From an uncultured Syntrophomonadaceae bacterium (GTDB lineage: Bacteria > Bacillota > Dethiobacteria > DTU022): a stretch of 64,000 nt of DNA. The stretch is from positions 3,995-67,994 of the forward strand of contig CAZAKI010000006.1 of assembly GCA_964485855.1 (NCBI GenBank). The letters run 5' to 3'. Below are positions 18,952 to 28,392 of the stretch, piece after piece. Below the pieces are notes generated by a model. That model was given only the letters and a program-made list of their open reading frames with translations. It did no database searches and was not told where the DNA came from. A program made the translations under genes and the position numbers. How positions within the stretch are numbered: the stretch's first letter is position 1; every line of letters begins with the position of its first letter.

Positions 18952-19029
18952 TGGGGTGAGTGATGGGGTTCGAACCCACGGCCTCCAGGGCCACAACCTG
19001 GCGCTCTAACCAGCTGAGCTACACCCACC
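18952..19029 (-). tRNA. tRNA-His (GTG), with encoded G-1 and CCA
   Basis: Minus strand GGTGGGTG TA GCTC...CCAGG-TTGTGGC-CCTGG...GGTTCGAAC...CACTCACC CCA. Confidence 0.97.
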
Positions 19030-19048
19030 ATCTATTTCTGCGTTGTTC

Positions 19049-19077
19049 ATTTTAGCATGACCGACCTTAAAAGTCAA
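19049..19077 (-). promoter_or_regulatory. SigA promoter of the tRNA-His/tRNA-Gln unit
   Basis: Minus strand TTGACT-17nt-TAAAAT with TG extension, about 20 nt upstream of tRNA-His. Confidence 0.8.
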
Positions 19078-19211
19078 CGCAGCCGGGCTTTGACCTTTGC
19101 AATTAAAAGCAAGCGTGAATAATCGCACCAACTGTTTTTTTGAGAGGCAGGATTGTGCTGTCTCAAAACGAAGTAAATCTTATCTTTATACTTAACGAAT
19201 AGAATGAAGGA

Positions 19212-19979
19212 GTGGCTAGAGTGAGATTAATAAGTGGCAGAATAATCTTTGGCTTGGTCGTTGTTGTTGTCGGAGTCTTATTGTTATTGAATAATCTGGA
19301 TCTAGGGGTGCAATTTAGCATCAAAGAGCTGTTCAGGTACTGGCCGGTGATCCCCTTGATTTTAGGTATTAACTGGCTCTTTTTGTCGTTTGGGTCACAA
19401 AAGTCAGAAAGCGGCAGCAAAGTATTTTTTTCGTGGGGACAATTTGTTACTGCCCTAATCTTTATTGCAATTGGTGTAATCTATCTGGGGCGCAATCTTG
19501 GGTTTTTTAATTTTAACACGACTTTATTCTGGAACTTGCTATGGCCCCTGATTCTGATTTTGATCGGCATCAGCTTGCTCCGGGGAAGATCAATCAGTAG
19601 CGGTGGAAGGGGACGGGTATCGATCATGAGCGGTAGTAAGATCGGCAGTAACCAACCCTGGAAGCTGGAAAGCAGCAGCTATTTTGCTTTCATGGGGGGC
19701 ATCGAAATTGACCTGAGCTTTGCCGAGATAGAAACCGGCGAAACAGTGCTTGACCTTACTGCAATTATGGGCGGCATTGAAGTTAAAGTCCCCAAGGACC
19801 TGGCAATTATCTGTGATGGATCGGCAATCTTAGGCGGTGTATCTTTCCTTGGTCAAGAAGATGGCGGAATTGTCGGCGGACGGCGCTTTGAAACAAAGAT
19901 CACAGACAAAGAAGAAAAAGTGGTGCGCATTCAGGCCAGGGCCATCATGGGCGGGATCGACATCAAAGAGGGACGTTAA
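19212..19979 (+). CDS. LiaF/DUF2154-like cell-envelope stress membrane protein
   Basis: Four N-terminal TM helices ('YWPVIPLILG'); C-terminal beta repeats 'AFMGGIEIDL', 'AIMGGIEVKVP', 'AIMGGIDIK'. Confidence 0.85.
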   Translation: MARVRLISGRIIFGLVVVVVGVLLLLNNLDLGVQFSIKELFRYWPVIPLILGINWLFLSFGSQKSESGSKVFFSWGQFVTALIFIAIGVIYLGRNLGFFNFNTTLFWNLLWPLILILIGISLLRGRSISSGGRGRVSIMSGSKIGSNQPWKLESSSYFAFMGGIEIDLSFAEIETGETVLDLTAIMGGIEVKVPKDLAIICDGSAILGGVSFLGQEDGGIVGGRRFETKITDKEEKVVRIQARAIMGGIDIKEGR

Positions 19980-19980
19980 A

Positions 19981-21522
19981 TCAGATGCCGGCAACTCTGT
20001 TTTTGAGGGCTGCGAATACTATTTCATCAGGCAGTTCTGGTTTTAGCTTGCGGATCTGTTCAAGGCAAATCCTGGCCCCATAATCCATTCCCTGGCAGCC
20101 AGCCAGGAGAAGGACATCGCCGAGTCCGGTTTCGGCTAAACCAAGTGCAATAGCCTCAGAAAGAGATTCAAGGATTATTGTCTTCAGGCCGGCTTGATCC
20201 ATTACTGCTTGGAAAGTACTGATTTCTGCTTTTGTAACCGCATCTTTTTTATCCACATGATCGATACTCGTTGTGGCTATGATTCGGTTCAGTCCGAGTT
20301 TGGGAGCCCATCTGGCTATAGCTTCGGCGTTTTCGCGGTTGACAGTAACTCCACGGCTGCCCCTGATCGCATAAATCAGGTGCAGCTTTTTATAGTCCAT
20401 CATGCCTAAAGTTTCTAAGGTGACGTCAATATTGCCGCTGTTGGCAAAATGATCATCGATCACCATAAAATCGTCTTCAAAAATTAATTCAAAACGTCTT
20501 TCCACCCCTTTAAATATTTTCAGGGCTTTTTGAATGGTGGAAGCAGGTATTCCGTGGATCAGGGCAACCAGAACTGCCGCCATCGCATTATAAACACTGT
20601 GCAGCCCTAGAACTGATAATTTGATCATAAAAGTATCCGGCTGCCTGCTAAGGATTTCAGCTGGTACTGTCCGGGTTAAGTTTACTGTAAACTCAGCGCG
20701 GCCACTGCTTAAATCAAGATTCTGGACGAGACAATCTGCTTGCTGATTTTTTAAACCATAAGTCAGGGTCTTTGCCTTTGTTTCACTGATTAAAGCAGCT
20801 GTATAGGGACAATCAAGGTTTAGAACAGCCCACTGATTTTCAGTAGCTTCGCGTACCAGGCGGCTTTTTGCGCGATAATAAGCTTCGAAAGAACCATGCA
20901 GATCAATATGCTCGCGGCTAATATTATTTACCACCACAGTATTGAAATCTACGCAGCCAACCCTGTTCAGTTCAAGGCCGGATGAGGAGACTTCCATTAC
21001 GGCATAGCCAACTTTATTCTTGACCATTTCGCTGAAATAAAAGTGTAAATCCAAAGATTCAGGTGTTGTTAGGGTTGCCGGGCGAACTAGTGCCCCCGTT
21101 TTTATGATTACTGTGCCGATTAAACCGGTATTTAATCCCTGTTCTTCGAAGATAGTATTAATCATATAAGTAGTAGTTGTTTTACCGTTGGTTGCGGTTA
21201 CGCCGGTAACAGTCAGTTTGCTTGAAGGATGGTCATAAAAGCGATCGGCCAGGGCGGCAAGCGCCAATCGGCTGTCTTTCACTTTATACTGGGGGATGGG
21301 GATATTGTCCTGAAAATACTCTACTACAGCGGCTACAGCCCCGTTTTTAGCTGCTTCTGCCAGGTAAAGATGCCCGTCGGTTTGATAACCTCTAATGCAG
21401 ACAAAAAGAGTTCCCGGTTTAACCCGGCTGGAATGATAAGCAAGGCTGGTAATCTTTTTTGTATCGCCCGTCGTGCGGTCAATAATCGGGATTACTTCCA
21501 TCAAATGATCATTAGTTGCCAT
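19981..21522 (-). CDS. MurE-like Mur ligase with divergent amino-acid-binding domain
   Basis: N-terminal SSRVKPGTLFVCIRG.QTDGH, TATNGKTT P-loop, TTPES, MEVSS, GVERRFE; canonical DYAH and DNPR motifs replaced. Confidence 0.85.
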   Translation of the reverse strand: MATNDHLMEVIPIIDRTTGDTKKITSLAYHSSRVKPGTLFVCIRGYQTDGHLYLAEAAKNGAVAAVVEYFQDNIPIPQYKVKDSRLALAALADRFYDHPSSKLTVTGVTATNGKTTTTYMINTIFEEQGLNTGLIGTVIIKTGALVRPATLTTPESLDLHFYFSEMVKNKVGYAVMEVSSSGLELNRVGCVDFNTVVVNNISREHIDLHGSFEAYYRAKSRLVREATENQWAVLNLDCPYTAALISETKAKTLTYGLKNQQADCLVQNLDLSSGRAEFTVNLTRTVPAEILSRQPDTFMIKLSVLGLHSVYNAMAAVLVALIHGIPASTIQKALKIFKGVERRFELIFEDDFMVIDDHFANSGNIDVTLETLGMMDYKKLHLIYAIRGSRGVTVNRENAEAIARWAPKLGLNRIIATTSIDHVDKKDAVTKAEISTFQAVMDQAGLKTIILESLSEAIALGLAETGLGDVLLLAGCQGMDYGARICLEQIRKLKPELPDEIVFAALKNRVAGI

Positions 21523-21622
21523 TATTTTATTCCTTCTTGTCTTTTTCCTACTATATTCGTCGATGATCGAAAAAAACCTTTGTTAACTAGTTATGGCAGA
21601 ACTAAAATGATCAGAAAATCAA

Positions 21623-21646
21623 GAAGCCCGTCGGTAGACGGGCTTC
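21623..21646 (-). terminator. Intrinsic terminator downstream of ferredoxin
   Basis: GAAGCCCGTC-GGTA-GACGGGCTTC perfect 10-bp stem, followed by a T-rich run on the minus strand. Confidence 0.85.
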
Positions 21647-21671
21647 ATTGCGATTTTTGAAAAGTTAAGTC

Positions 21672-21857
21672 TTACTCGCTAACTTCGATCGCTTCGGTTG
21701 GGCATTCCTCGGCCGCCTCACGAACTTTTTCTTCATGTTCAGCCGGTACCGGATTAACTTTTACTTCAGCCTTTTCATCACCCAGCTCAAAAACCTCCGG
21801 GCAGATGTCTTCACAAATACCGCATGCGCTGCAATCGTCGTTTACTTTAACCTCCAT
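21672..21857 (-). CDS. Single-cluster ferredoxin
   Basis: 61 aa acidic; CSACGICEDICPEVF ... CPTEAI. Confidence 0.95.
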   Translation of the reverse strand: MEVKVNDDCSACGICEDICPEVFELGDEKAEVKVNPVPAEHEEKVREAAEECPTEAIEVSE

Positions 21858-22055
21858 GCTAATGCCTCCTCCAAAAAGATAGTGTTTATTTCCACCATAT
21901 TTTATTCGCTAACAATTTCATTTTCCCTTTTTTTATTAATAATATTTATGATGCACCAGAGCTTACCAGGTGAACAATCTACACTATGATCAATTATTAT
22001 GCCAGCTCTTTAAGTGAAGTGGCAGCTAATAATTATGGTGACCGGCTGCTGATTT

Positions 22056-22117
22056 TGTGAATAATGGCTAACAGATAATGGTACCGGGTTTCAGGTTGTG
22101 GATAAGTCTGTGCATAC
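22056..22117. promoter_or_regulatory. Cluster of three co-oriented DnaA boxes
   Basis: TGTGAATAA (22056-64) and TGTGGATAA (22097-105) match TTATNCACA on the minus strand; TGTGCATAC (22109-117) has one mismatch. Confidence 0.6.
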
Positions 22118-22312
22118 TGTTAGTAGAACAGGTATTTGTTTTTTGAAAGCCTTATATCATAGGCCAAAAAAAAATGATCATTAAATTTTGGTTACATAAT
22201 GTTTAAACATAAATAATCACTTCCGTCGGTTGTCAGCTTAAGATTGCTAATAATAGGTAAATATGATATTAATATTATTAATAAGCTTAATAAGCCGAAG
22301 GGTGGTGAGAAA

Positions 22313-22393
22313 GTGCGCATTTCTTTATTACTGCTCGTAACGATGATTATATCTTTATTCCTGGTTTCCGGTTGCAGCAGCGGTGGCTGATAA
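22313..22393 (+). CDS. Unannotated small lipopeptide MRISLLLLVTMIISLFLVSGCSSGG(U), candidate C-terminal selenocysteine
   Basis: GTG start after AAGGGTGGTG RBS; hydrophobic core plus lipobox VSG|C; TGA (22388-90) immediately followed by TAA; SECIS-like hairpin downstream. Confidence 0.7.
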
Positions 22394-22394
22394 A

Positions 22395-22434
22395 CTACAA
22401 CGAGAAACCGGTCTGGTTTCATCCCATGTTGTAG
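22395..22434 (+). promoter_or_regulatory. Candidate bacterial SECIS element
   Basis: Lower stem CTACAAC/GTTGTAG, internal bulge, upper stem GAAACC/GGTTTC, apical loop GGTCT starting 19 nt after the TGA. Confidence 0.65.
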
Positions 22435-22481
22435 AGAATTATTTTTGTTGTTAAAGCAGCAAACTATCTGTAGATATAACT

Positions 22482-22507
22482 AATGGGGCTTTATTCAGCC
22501 CCATTTT
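22482..22507. terminator. Probable bidirectional terminator between the small lipopeptide gene and the M24 peptidase
   Basis: AATGGGGCT-TTATTC-AGCCCCATT, followed by TT, between convergent genes. Confidence 0.7.
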
Positions 22508-22536
22508 ACATTTTAAACATGACTGTTCGGTCGATT

Positions 22537-23724
22537 TCATATCACTTGCAGCTGATCACTAAAAACTGTAATCTGCTCTAAACGTTCCGATCCAACCACA
22601 AAGGTATCTTCAATGCCCACTGTGCCTTCGCCCGGGAAAACAAATTTTGGTTCCAGGGCGAACACCATCCCTTCTTCAAGCGGTATATCCAAACCATGGG
22701 CGATCACCGGAAGTTCATCCAACTCCAGCCCAACTCCATGACCTACAAAGCTCACTTTTTCCAGGCAACCCATAAAATGTTTTTCTAACCCAGCTTTTTT
22801 AACCATTGCTGAGGCTTTTTGATAAAGACTGCTACCGTTTACTCCCGGTTTTCCAAGTTCGGCCAGAGTATTTTTAATACTGACGGCCAGATCATAGGCG
22901 GTTTTTAATTGGGGTGCGGGTCTACCGAGACTGAAGATTCTGGTTTGGTCTACCATGTAGCCTTCAAGCACGGTGACAAAATCAACCAGGATCGGCTCAT
23001 TCTTGTTAATCACATTATGGCCGGCTCCCTGGGGATATGAAGGGTTTAAACCTGATCCTCCTGTTGGTCCGTCAAAAAAACTGGAGATTGAAGCGTTTTT
23101 CCCGCTCATTACATGGCCAAAATAAAGCTCCTGGTTAAAACCCCTCATTCTTACCGCACCTTGATGTCCAAGTTTACGGGCTTTTAATTCAAGCTCGCCG
23201 GCCAACTCTATTTCTCTAAGACCGGGCTTGATAATTTGTGCGGCATAATGAAAAACCTCTTTCCCGACGCTTGCTGCTTTTTTCATTAGGCTAATTTCAT
23301 AATCTGATTTAACGGCTCTGATTAGGCGAATTATTTTGGCTGTATCAATCATCCTGTAGTCATCTAGTAATTTCTGGTAACGGAAATAGAGACTGGCCGG
23401 TAAAACGTCAGTTTCCAGCCCAATAGCTGAGCCCTTGGGTATCAGGTCGGAAATCAATGCTGCCAGTTGATCCAGCCCCTCGTAAGGGATAATTTGTTTT
23501 AAGGAGCTTTCTTCCCGGGCCCTTGCCAGAGATCTTTTGACAATTAGGGTTGAATCCCCCTCTGCCGGGATAAAAAGATAGGCATTCTGTGCGGTGCCGC
23601 TGAAATAAAAGAGATCAACTCTTTGGACAATCAATGCCCCGGCAATTGAATACTGCTGCAGCTGATCCTGTAGTTTTGCAATGCGTCGGCTAATTTCTTT
23701 GGCCGGTGTTGAAAAGGCCATCAA
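22537..23724 (-). CDS. Xaa-Pro aminopeptidase family protein (M24)
   Basis: Creatinase-like N-terminus (RVDLFYFSGT), RAVKSDYEI, VDF..DQTR, GHGVGLELDE, EPK, GIEDT. Confidence 0.92.
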   Translation of the reverse strand: MMAFSTPAKEISRRIAKLQDQLQQYSIAGALIVQRVDLFYFSGTAQNAYLFIPAEGDSTLIVKRSLARAREESSLKQIIPYEGLDQLAALISDLIPKGSAIGLETDVLPASLYFRYQKLLDDYRMIDTAKIIRLIRAVKSDYEISLMKKAASVGKEVFHYAAQIIKPGLREIELAGELELKARKLGHQGAVRMRGFNQELYFGHVMSGKNASISSFFDGPTGGSGLNPSYPQGAGHNVINKNEPILVDFVTVLEGYMVDQTRIFSLGRPAPQLKTAYDLAVSIKNTLAELGKPGVNGSSLYQKASAMVKKAGLEKHFMGCLEKVSFVGHGVGLELDELPVIAHGLDIPLEEGMVFALEPKFVFPGEGTVGIEDTFVVGSERLEQITVFSDQLQVI

Positions 23725-23858
23725 TGATCAACTCCTGTCAATAAAAATAAGCTATAAAAAAGCCTTCTCACTGATCATACCATAAAGAGACGGCAGATTT
23801 GCGAGAAGGCTAGTTGCACCATAGTTGTTAATCGCTATTGATTTATCTAAAAACGTTT

Positions 23859-25037
23859 TTAAGCCATTTCAAATAGCCCGGCAGCACCCATACCGCCTCC
23901 GATACACATTGAAACCACACCGAATTTTAAACCACGGCGTTTCATTTCGTGCAAAAGAGTAGCCGTTAGTTTAGCTCCAGTGCAGCCCAGGGGGTGACCC
24001 AAAGCGATTGCCCCACCGTTAACATTTACTTTAGCCGGGTCAAGGCCCAATTCGTTCAGGCAATAAAGGGCCTGTGAGGCGAAAGCCTCATTTAACTCAA
24101 AGAGTTCAATGTCATCAATCTTCATACCGGTTAACTTCATCAGTTTTGGTATGGCATAAGCCGGACCAACACCCATGATCTCCGGCGGGCAACCGGCAAC
24201 AGCATAACCGCGGAAGATGGCCAATGGCTTTAAGCCGAGTTTAGCTGCTTTTTCAGCAGACATTACCACCGAGGCAGCCGCTCCATCACTAGTTTGTGAT
24301 GAGTTACCAGCTGTTACACTGCCCTTGGCATGGAAAGCCGGACGAAGTTTAGCCAGCGCTTCGATGGTTGTTTCGGGACGGACACCCTCGTCGGTGTCAA
24401 AGATAAATTCTTTTTCAACCACTTTGTTGTCAGGGCCGACATAGCGATCAACTACGGTCAGCGGAACGATTTCTTCCTTAAATCTGCCTTCTTTGATCGC
24501 AGCTGTTGCTTTCATCTGACTTTCGTAGCCAAACTTGTCCTGCATTTCGCGGCTGATTTTAAAGCGCTGGGCAACGTTTTCAGCAGTGATACCCATTGGG
24601 GTATAAGTTTCAATATGTTTTTCAACCAATTCCGGACTGGGGGCAAGTTTATTGCCGCCCATTGGTACCATACTCATGCTTTCTACTCCGCCGCCGATGA
24701 TCACATCAGCAAAACCGCACATGATCCTTTCAGCGGCAAGGGCGATAGCCTGTAGACCGGAGGAACAAAAACGGTTAACCGTTTGTCCCGGAACACTGTC
24801 TGGTAAACCAGCCTGAAGTGCTACGATTCGACCCAGGTTCATGCCCTGTTCAGCTTCCGGAAAGGAGCAGCCAAGAATTACATCGTCGATCTCTGCAAGA
24901 TCAAGACCTTTGGCCCTTTTGATTGCTTCTTTGACAGCTACCGAACCCATATATTCAGGACGGGTTTTTTTTAGTTTGCCCCTGGGTGCTCGGCCTATCG
25001 CTGTTCGTACACTTGATACAATAACAGCTTCTTTCAT
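23859..25037 (-). CDS. fadA: Acetyl-CoA C-acyltransferase (thiolase)
   Basis: [31 protein letters not shown]. Confidence 0.95.
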   Translation of the reverse strand: MKEAVIVSSVRTAIGRAPRGKLKKTRPEYMGSVAVKEAIKRAKGLDLAEIDDVILGCSFPEAEQGMNLGRIVALQAGLPDSVPGQTVNRFCSSGLQAIALAAERIMCGFADVIIGGGVESMSMVPMGGNKLAPSPELVEKHIETYTPMGITAENVAQRFKISREMQDKFGYESQMKATAAIKEGRFKEEIVPLTVVDRYVGPDNKVVEKEFIFDTDEGVRPETTIEALAKLRPAFHAKGSVTAGNSSQTSDGAAASVVMSAEKAAKLGLKPLAIFRGYAVAGCPPEIMGVGPAYAIPKLMKLTGMKIDDIELFELNEAFASQALYCLNELGLDPAKVNVNGGAIALGHPLGCTGAKLTATLLHEMKRRGLKFGVVSMCIGGGMGAAGLFEMA

Positions 25038-25054
25038 CCTGTTTTCCTCCTCCT

Positions 25055-27463
25055 TTAGTTCCGCAAAGGCTTGCCGGTGGTGAGAATTGCGGTAATCCGC
25101 TCATGGGTCTTCTCTTCATGGCAAAGGCGCAGGAACGCTTCTCTTTCAATGTCTAGCAAATACTGTTCACTGACAAGCGTGTTGGGTTTTACATCGCCGC
25201 CGCAGAGAACAAAGGCAATCTCATTGGCTATTTTCATGTCGTGTTCACTGATATATCCACCCCAAAGCATATTCTGAACCCCTGCTTTAAAGGCAGCAAG
25301 ACCATATTCACCAATTACCTTTATTGGTTTGGGTTGTGGTGGTTCATAACCCTCCATCACCAAGGCCAGGACGGTTTTTTTAGCGTCATGCAACAGGTAA
25401 TCCTGGTTAACAGTTATCTTGTCGGTTTTACGCAGGAAGCCCAATTCCTGAGCATGGCGGGCACTTGTGGAGACGGTGGCCATGGCGATTGCTTCAAATG
25501 CCTTCTGGACATAAGGCAGCAGATCGACCTTGGTATCGTCGCGCAGTCCTTCGGTAAAGCGAATTAATAACTCTTTATTTCCGCCCCACCCGGGGATTAA
25601 ACCAACCCCCATTTCAACCTGGCCCATAAAAGTATCGGCTGCTGCATTAATCCGGTCACAGTGCAGAACGATTTCCATGCCTCCGCCCAGGGTCATCTGG
25701 AACGGAGCTCCTACGACTGGGATACGAGAATATTTAACTTTCATGAGGGCGTCCTGTCCCGACTTGACAGCACTATTAATCATTTCAAACTCGCCGCCTT
25801 GGGCAGCCATCATGATCAGGGCAACATTGGCGCCAACGCAGAAGTTTCCACCCTGATTGCCGATTACCATGCCGACGAAATTCTTTTCTGCTTCCTCAAT
25901 CGCCTGGTGGATCAGTTCTACAAACATGGGGCTGACAGCCTGGCGTGGGCTGTGCATTTCCAGGCAGCAAACTCCGTCACCCATGTCTATTAAGCTGCCG
26001 TCATCGTTGCCAAGCACCAGTTTATTCTGCTTTTTTAAAGCGGGCAAACTGACAATCTCGGCACTGACCGGAACTGGTTTATACTTTTTAGTCGCAAAAT
26101 CATAATACGAAAGGTTGCCCTTTTCGTCTTCCTGGTAGAAACTTTCAAATCCCTTGGCCAGCATTTCTTCTACGTTAGCAGGTATTTTCATGCCTTCGGT
26201 CTTCATTTTTTCAACGCTAGTTTTTAAGCCGATAGAGTCCCAGCTTTCAAATGGCCCAAGCTTCCAGTTGAAGCCCCAGCGCATAGCTCGGTCGACATTA
26301 AATATGTCGTCGGCAATTTCCGGGATTAACGAGGCGCTGTAAATTAGAAAATTCTTGGTTAGTTCCCAGGCAAATTGGCCGGCTTTTTCATCTGCCTCAA
26401 CCAGCATTTTGAAACCTTCAGCCAACTCTGCATGCTTTGTTTTACCCAAAATATCGAAACGAACTTTCTCTTTCGGTCGATACTCCAGTTTTTCATAATC
26501 GAGAGCCATAATTTCCGAACCGCTCTCGCCCTTGATTTTTTTGTAGAAACCCTGTTTTGTTTTATCTCCAAGCAGTTTATGATCCAGCATTTCCTGCAAA
26601 AATGACGGGAGATTAAATACTTCTTTTTCTGAGGGGTCAGTTGCTTTGTCATAAACAGTGCGGGCGACATGGCAAAAAGTATCAAGACCGACCATATCAA
26701 GCGTGCGGAATGAGGCGCTCTTGGGGTGTCCCATCGGTGGACCGGTAATAGCATCCACTTCTTCGATGGTCATTTTCTCTTTTTCCATCAGCTTCAAAGT
26801 ATAAGCCATGGCATAAGTACCGATGCGATTGGCAATAAAGTTGGGTGTATCCTTAGCGAAAACTACCCCTTTACCAAGAACTTTTTCGCAGAAGCGGTGC
26901 ATGTAATTCAGGACTTCATCGTCAGTTTCCTTGCAGGGGATGATCTCCAGTAATTTCATCCAGCGGGGAGGGTTAAAGAAATGAGTTCCCAGAAAGTGCT
27001 TGCGGAATTCGACAGAGTTTTCGGAGACCATTTCATTAATGGAGAGCCCGGATGTATTCGAAGAGACTATGGTCCCGGGGGTCCAGTTTGCTTCTACCTG
27101 TTTAAAAACCTTTTTCTTAATATCCATATTTTCCACAATAACTTCAATAATCCATTCGACATCTTTTAGTTTAGCCATGTCGTCGTCAAAGTTACCAGGA
27201 GTGATCAAGTCAAGGTTTGAATCACGGTAAAGCGGTTTTTGCTTGTTTTTTAGTAGATCCTGTTTGCCCGCGGCCGCTAATCGGTTGCGAACTTCGGGGC
27301 TTTCAAGGGTTAATCCTTTTTTTTCCTCTTCCGGAGTTAATTCACGGGGAACGATATCAAGTAAATAGGTTGGAATTCCCACGTTGGCCAAATGGGCGGC
27401 AATAGTAGCCCCCATAACTCCGGCGCCGAGAACAGCAGCCTTTCGGATTTCTTTTAAGGCCAT
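25055..27463 (-). CDS. fadN: 3-hydroxyacyl-CoA dehydrogenase/enoyl-CoA hydratase (FadN type)
   Basis: GAGVMG Rossmann motif, [21 protein letters not shown]; C-terminal crotonase domain ([18 protein letters not shown]), TGKPLRN end. Start ATG 27463. Confidence 0.93.
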   Translation of the reverse strand: MALKEIRKAAVLGAGVMGATIAAHLANVGIPTYLLDIVPRELTPEEEKKGLTLESPEVRNRLAAAGKQDLLKNKQKPLYRDSNLDLITPGNFDDDMAKLKDVEWIIEVIVENMDIKKKVFKQVEANWTPGTIVSSNTSGLSINEMVSENSVEFRKHFLGTHFFNPPRWMKLLEIIPCKETDDEVLNYMHRFCEKVLGKGVVFAKDTPNFIANRIGTYAMAYTLKLMEKEKMTIEEVDAITGPPMGHPKSASFRTLDMVGLDTFCHVARTVYDKATDPSEKEVFNLPSFLQEMLDHKLLGDKTKQGFYKKIKGESGSEIMALDYEKLEYRPKEKVRFDILGKTKHAELAEGFKMLVEADEKAGQFAWELTKNFLIYSASLIPEIADDIFNVDRAMRWGFNWKLGPFESWDSIGLKTSVEKMKTEGMKIPANVEEMLAKGFESFYQEDEKGNLSYYDFATKKYKPVPVSAEIVSLPALKKQNKLVLGNDDGSLIDMGDGVCCLEMHSPRQAVSPMFVELIHQAIEEAEKNFVGMVIGNQGGNFCVGANVALIMMAAQGGEFEMINSAVKSGQDALMKVKYSRIPVVGAPFQMTLGGGMEIVLHCDRINAAADTFMGQVEMGVGLIPGWGGNKELLIRFTEGLRDDTKVDLLPYVQKAFEAIAMATVSTSARHAQELGFLRKTDKITVNQDYLLHDAKKTVLALVMEGYEPPQPKPIKVIGEYGLAAFKAGVQNMLWGGYISEHDMKIANEIAFVLCGGDVKPNTLVSEQYLLDIEREAFLRLCHEEKTHERITAILTTGKPLRN

Positions 27464-27530
27464 GTAAATACCTCCTTGTAACAAATATTTTTACTGCCCT
27501 GGTATTGCGAATAGCCAAAATAATTACAAA

Positions 27531-28112
27531 CTAATGCAGCCCTTCTACCAGCAGGTTAAAAACCGGTTTACTCATTGCTTTTAGGTCGTAAAACTTTCCG
27601 GACATAACCCAGCAGGTAACCACTTCATCAATTGCTCCAAAGACTACTTTTCGTGCTGTTTTAGAATCGATATTCTGCCGGTAAAGGCCCTGATTAATAC
27701 CCTCGCAGATCACCTCCTCAATAATTTTAAAATAAAGCTTGAGCGGTTTAGAAATACCCTGGTTAATGGTTTTATCGATCTGTCTCAGTTCGATTTGGGT
27801 AACCCGGGCCTGTTCCGGCCTGTTAGCCAGAGTTGTTAAGTGGTATGAAATGACGCGGTACAGCTTTTCATTGGCACTCTGGCAAAGACTCAATTCGTTA
27901 TTCAGATCTTCAACAAACCGCTGCATTAAATCCTGGAAAAGGGAAATGAGGATATCCTCTTTGTTTTCAAAATAAATATAAACAGTTCCATCGGCTACGC
28001 CTGCCTCCCGGGCAATATCAGCTACCCTGGTTCGATGATAACCGCTTTGTGAGAAAGTTTTCACCGCTGCATCTAGGATTACCTGATATTTTTCGCCGGT
28101 ACGCTTGGCCAA
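27531..28112 (-). CDS. fadR: TetR-family fatty-acid degradation repressor
   Basis: KYQVILDAAVKTF...IAREAGVADGTVYIYFENKEDIL; C-terminal 'KVVFGAIDEVVTCWV'; adjacent to fadN-fadA. Confidence 0.9.
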   Translation of the reverse strand: MAKRTGEKYQVILDAAVKTFSQSGYHRTRVADIAREAGVADGTVYIYFENKEDILISLFQDLMQRFVEDLNNELSLCQSANEKLYRVISYHLTTLANRPEQARVTQIELRQIDKTINQGISKPLKLYFKIIEEVICEGINQGLYRQNIDSKTARKVVFGAIDEVVTCWVMSGKFYDLKAMSKPVFNLLVEGLH

Positions 28113-28131
28113 GACAGACCTCCTGTTTTAA

Positions 28132-28149
28132 TGAATGAGGGCTCATTCG
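28132..28149. promoter_or_regulatory. FadR (YsiA) operator
   Basis: TGAATGAGGGCTCATTCG resembles the Bacillus FadR box TGAATGAnTAnTCATTCA; about 20 nt upstream of fadR. Confidence 0.8.
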
Positions 28150-28258
28150 TTGCTAGATTATTGTATACTATTTTAAGATAACAATCAAGATTTATCGCAA
28201 TTATTTAGAAACAATAAATTCTGTTTTGACCATTTAGCATTAAAAAAAAGATCTTTAG

Positions 28259-28287
28259 TTGTAACCGTTTTTTTTCTGTGTTAAGAT
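28259..28287 (+). promoter_or_regulatory. SigA promoter of tig
   Basis: TTGTAA-17nt-TAAGAT with TG extension. Confidence 0.6.
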
Positions 28288-28392
28288 ATGTTTGCTAGAC
28301 AACGCCTCGATTAAAAGGCGTTTTTGTTGTTAATCAGAAAATTACGCTTTTATTTATTGCTTAAGGTTAATTGATAGTTAAGGAGAGAAGAA

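Noticed and set aside
18831-19029. tRNA-targeted genomic island or prophage attachment site
   Set aside because: No integrase or phage genes, and I found no duplicated tRNA 3' end in the window.
22192-22422. 76-aa minus-strand ORF in the ORF track
   Set aside because: It is the antisense shadow of the plus-strand lipopeptide gene and SECIS hairpin; no recognisable family.
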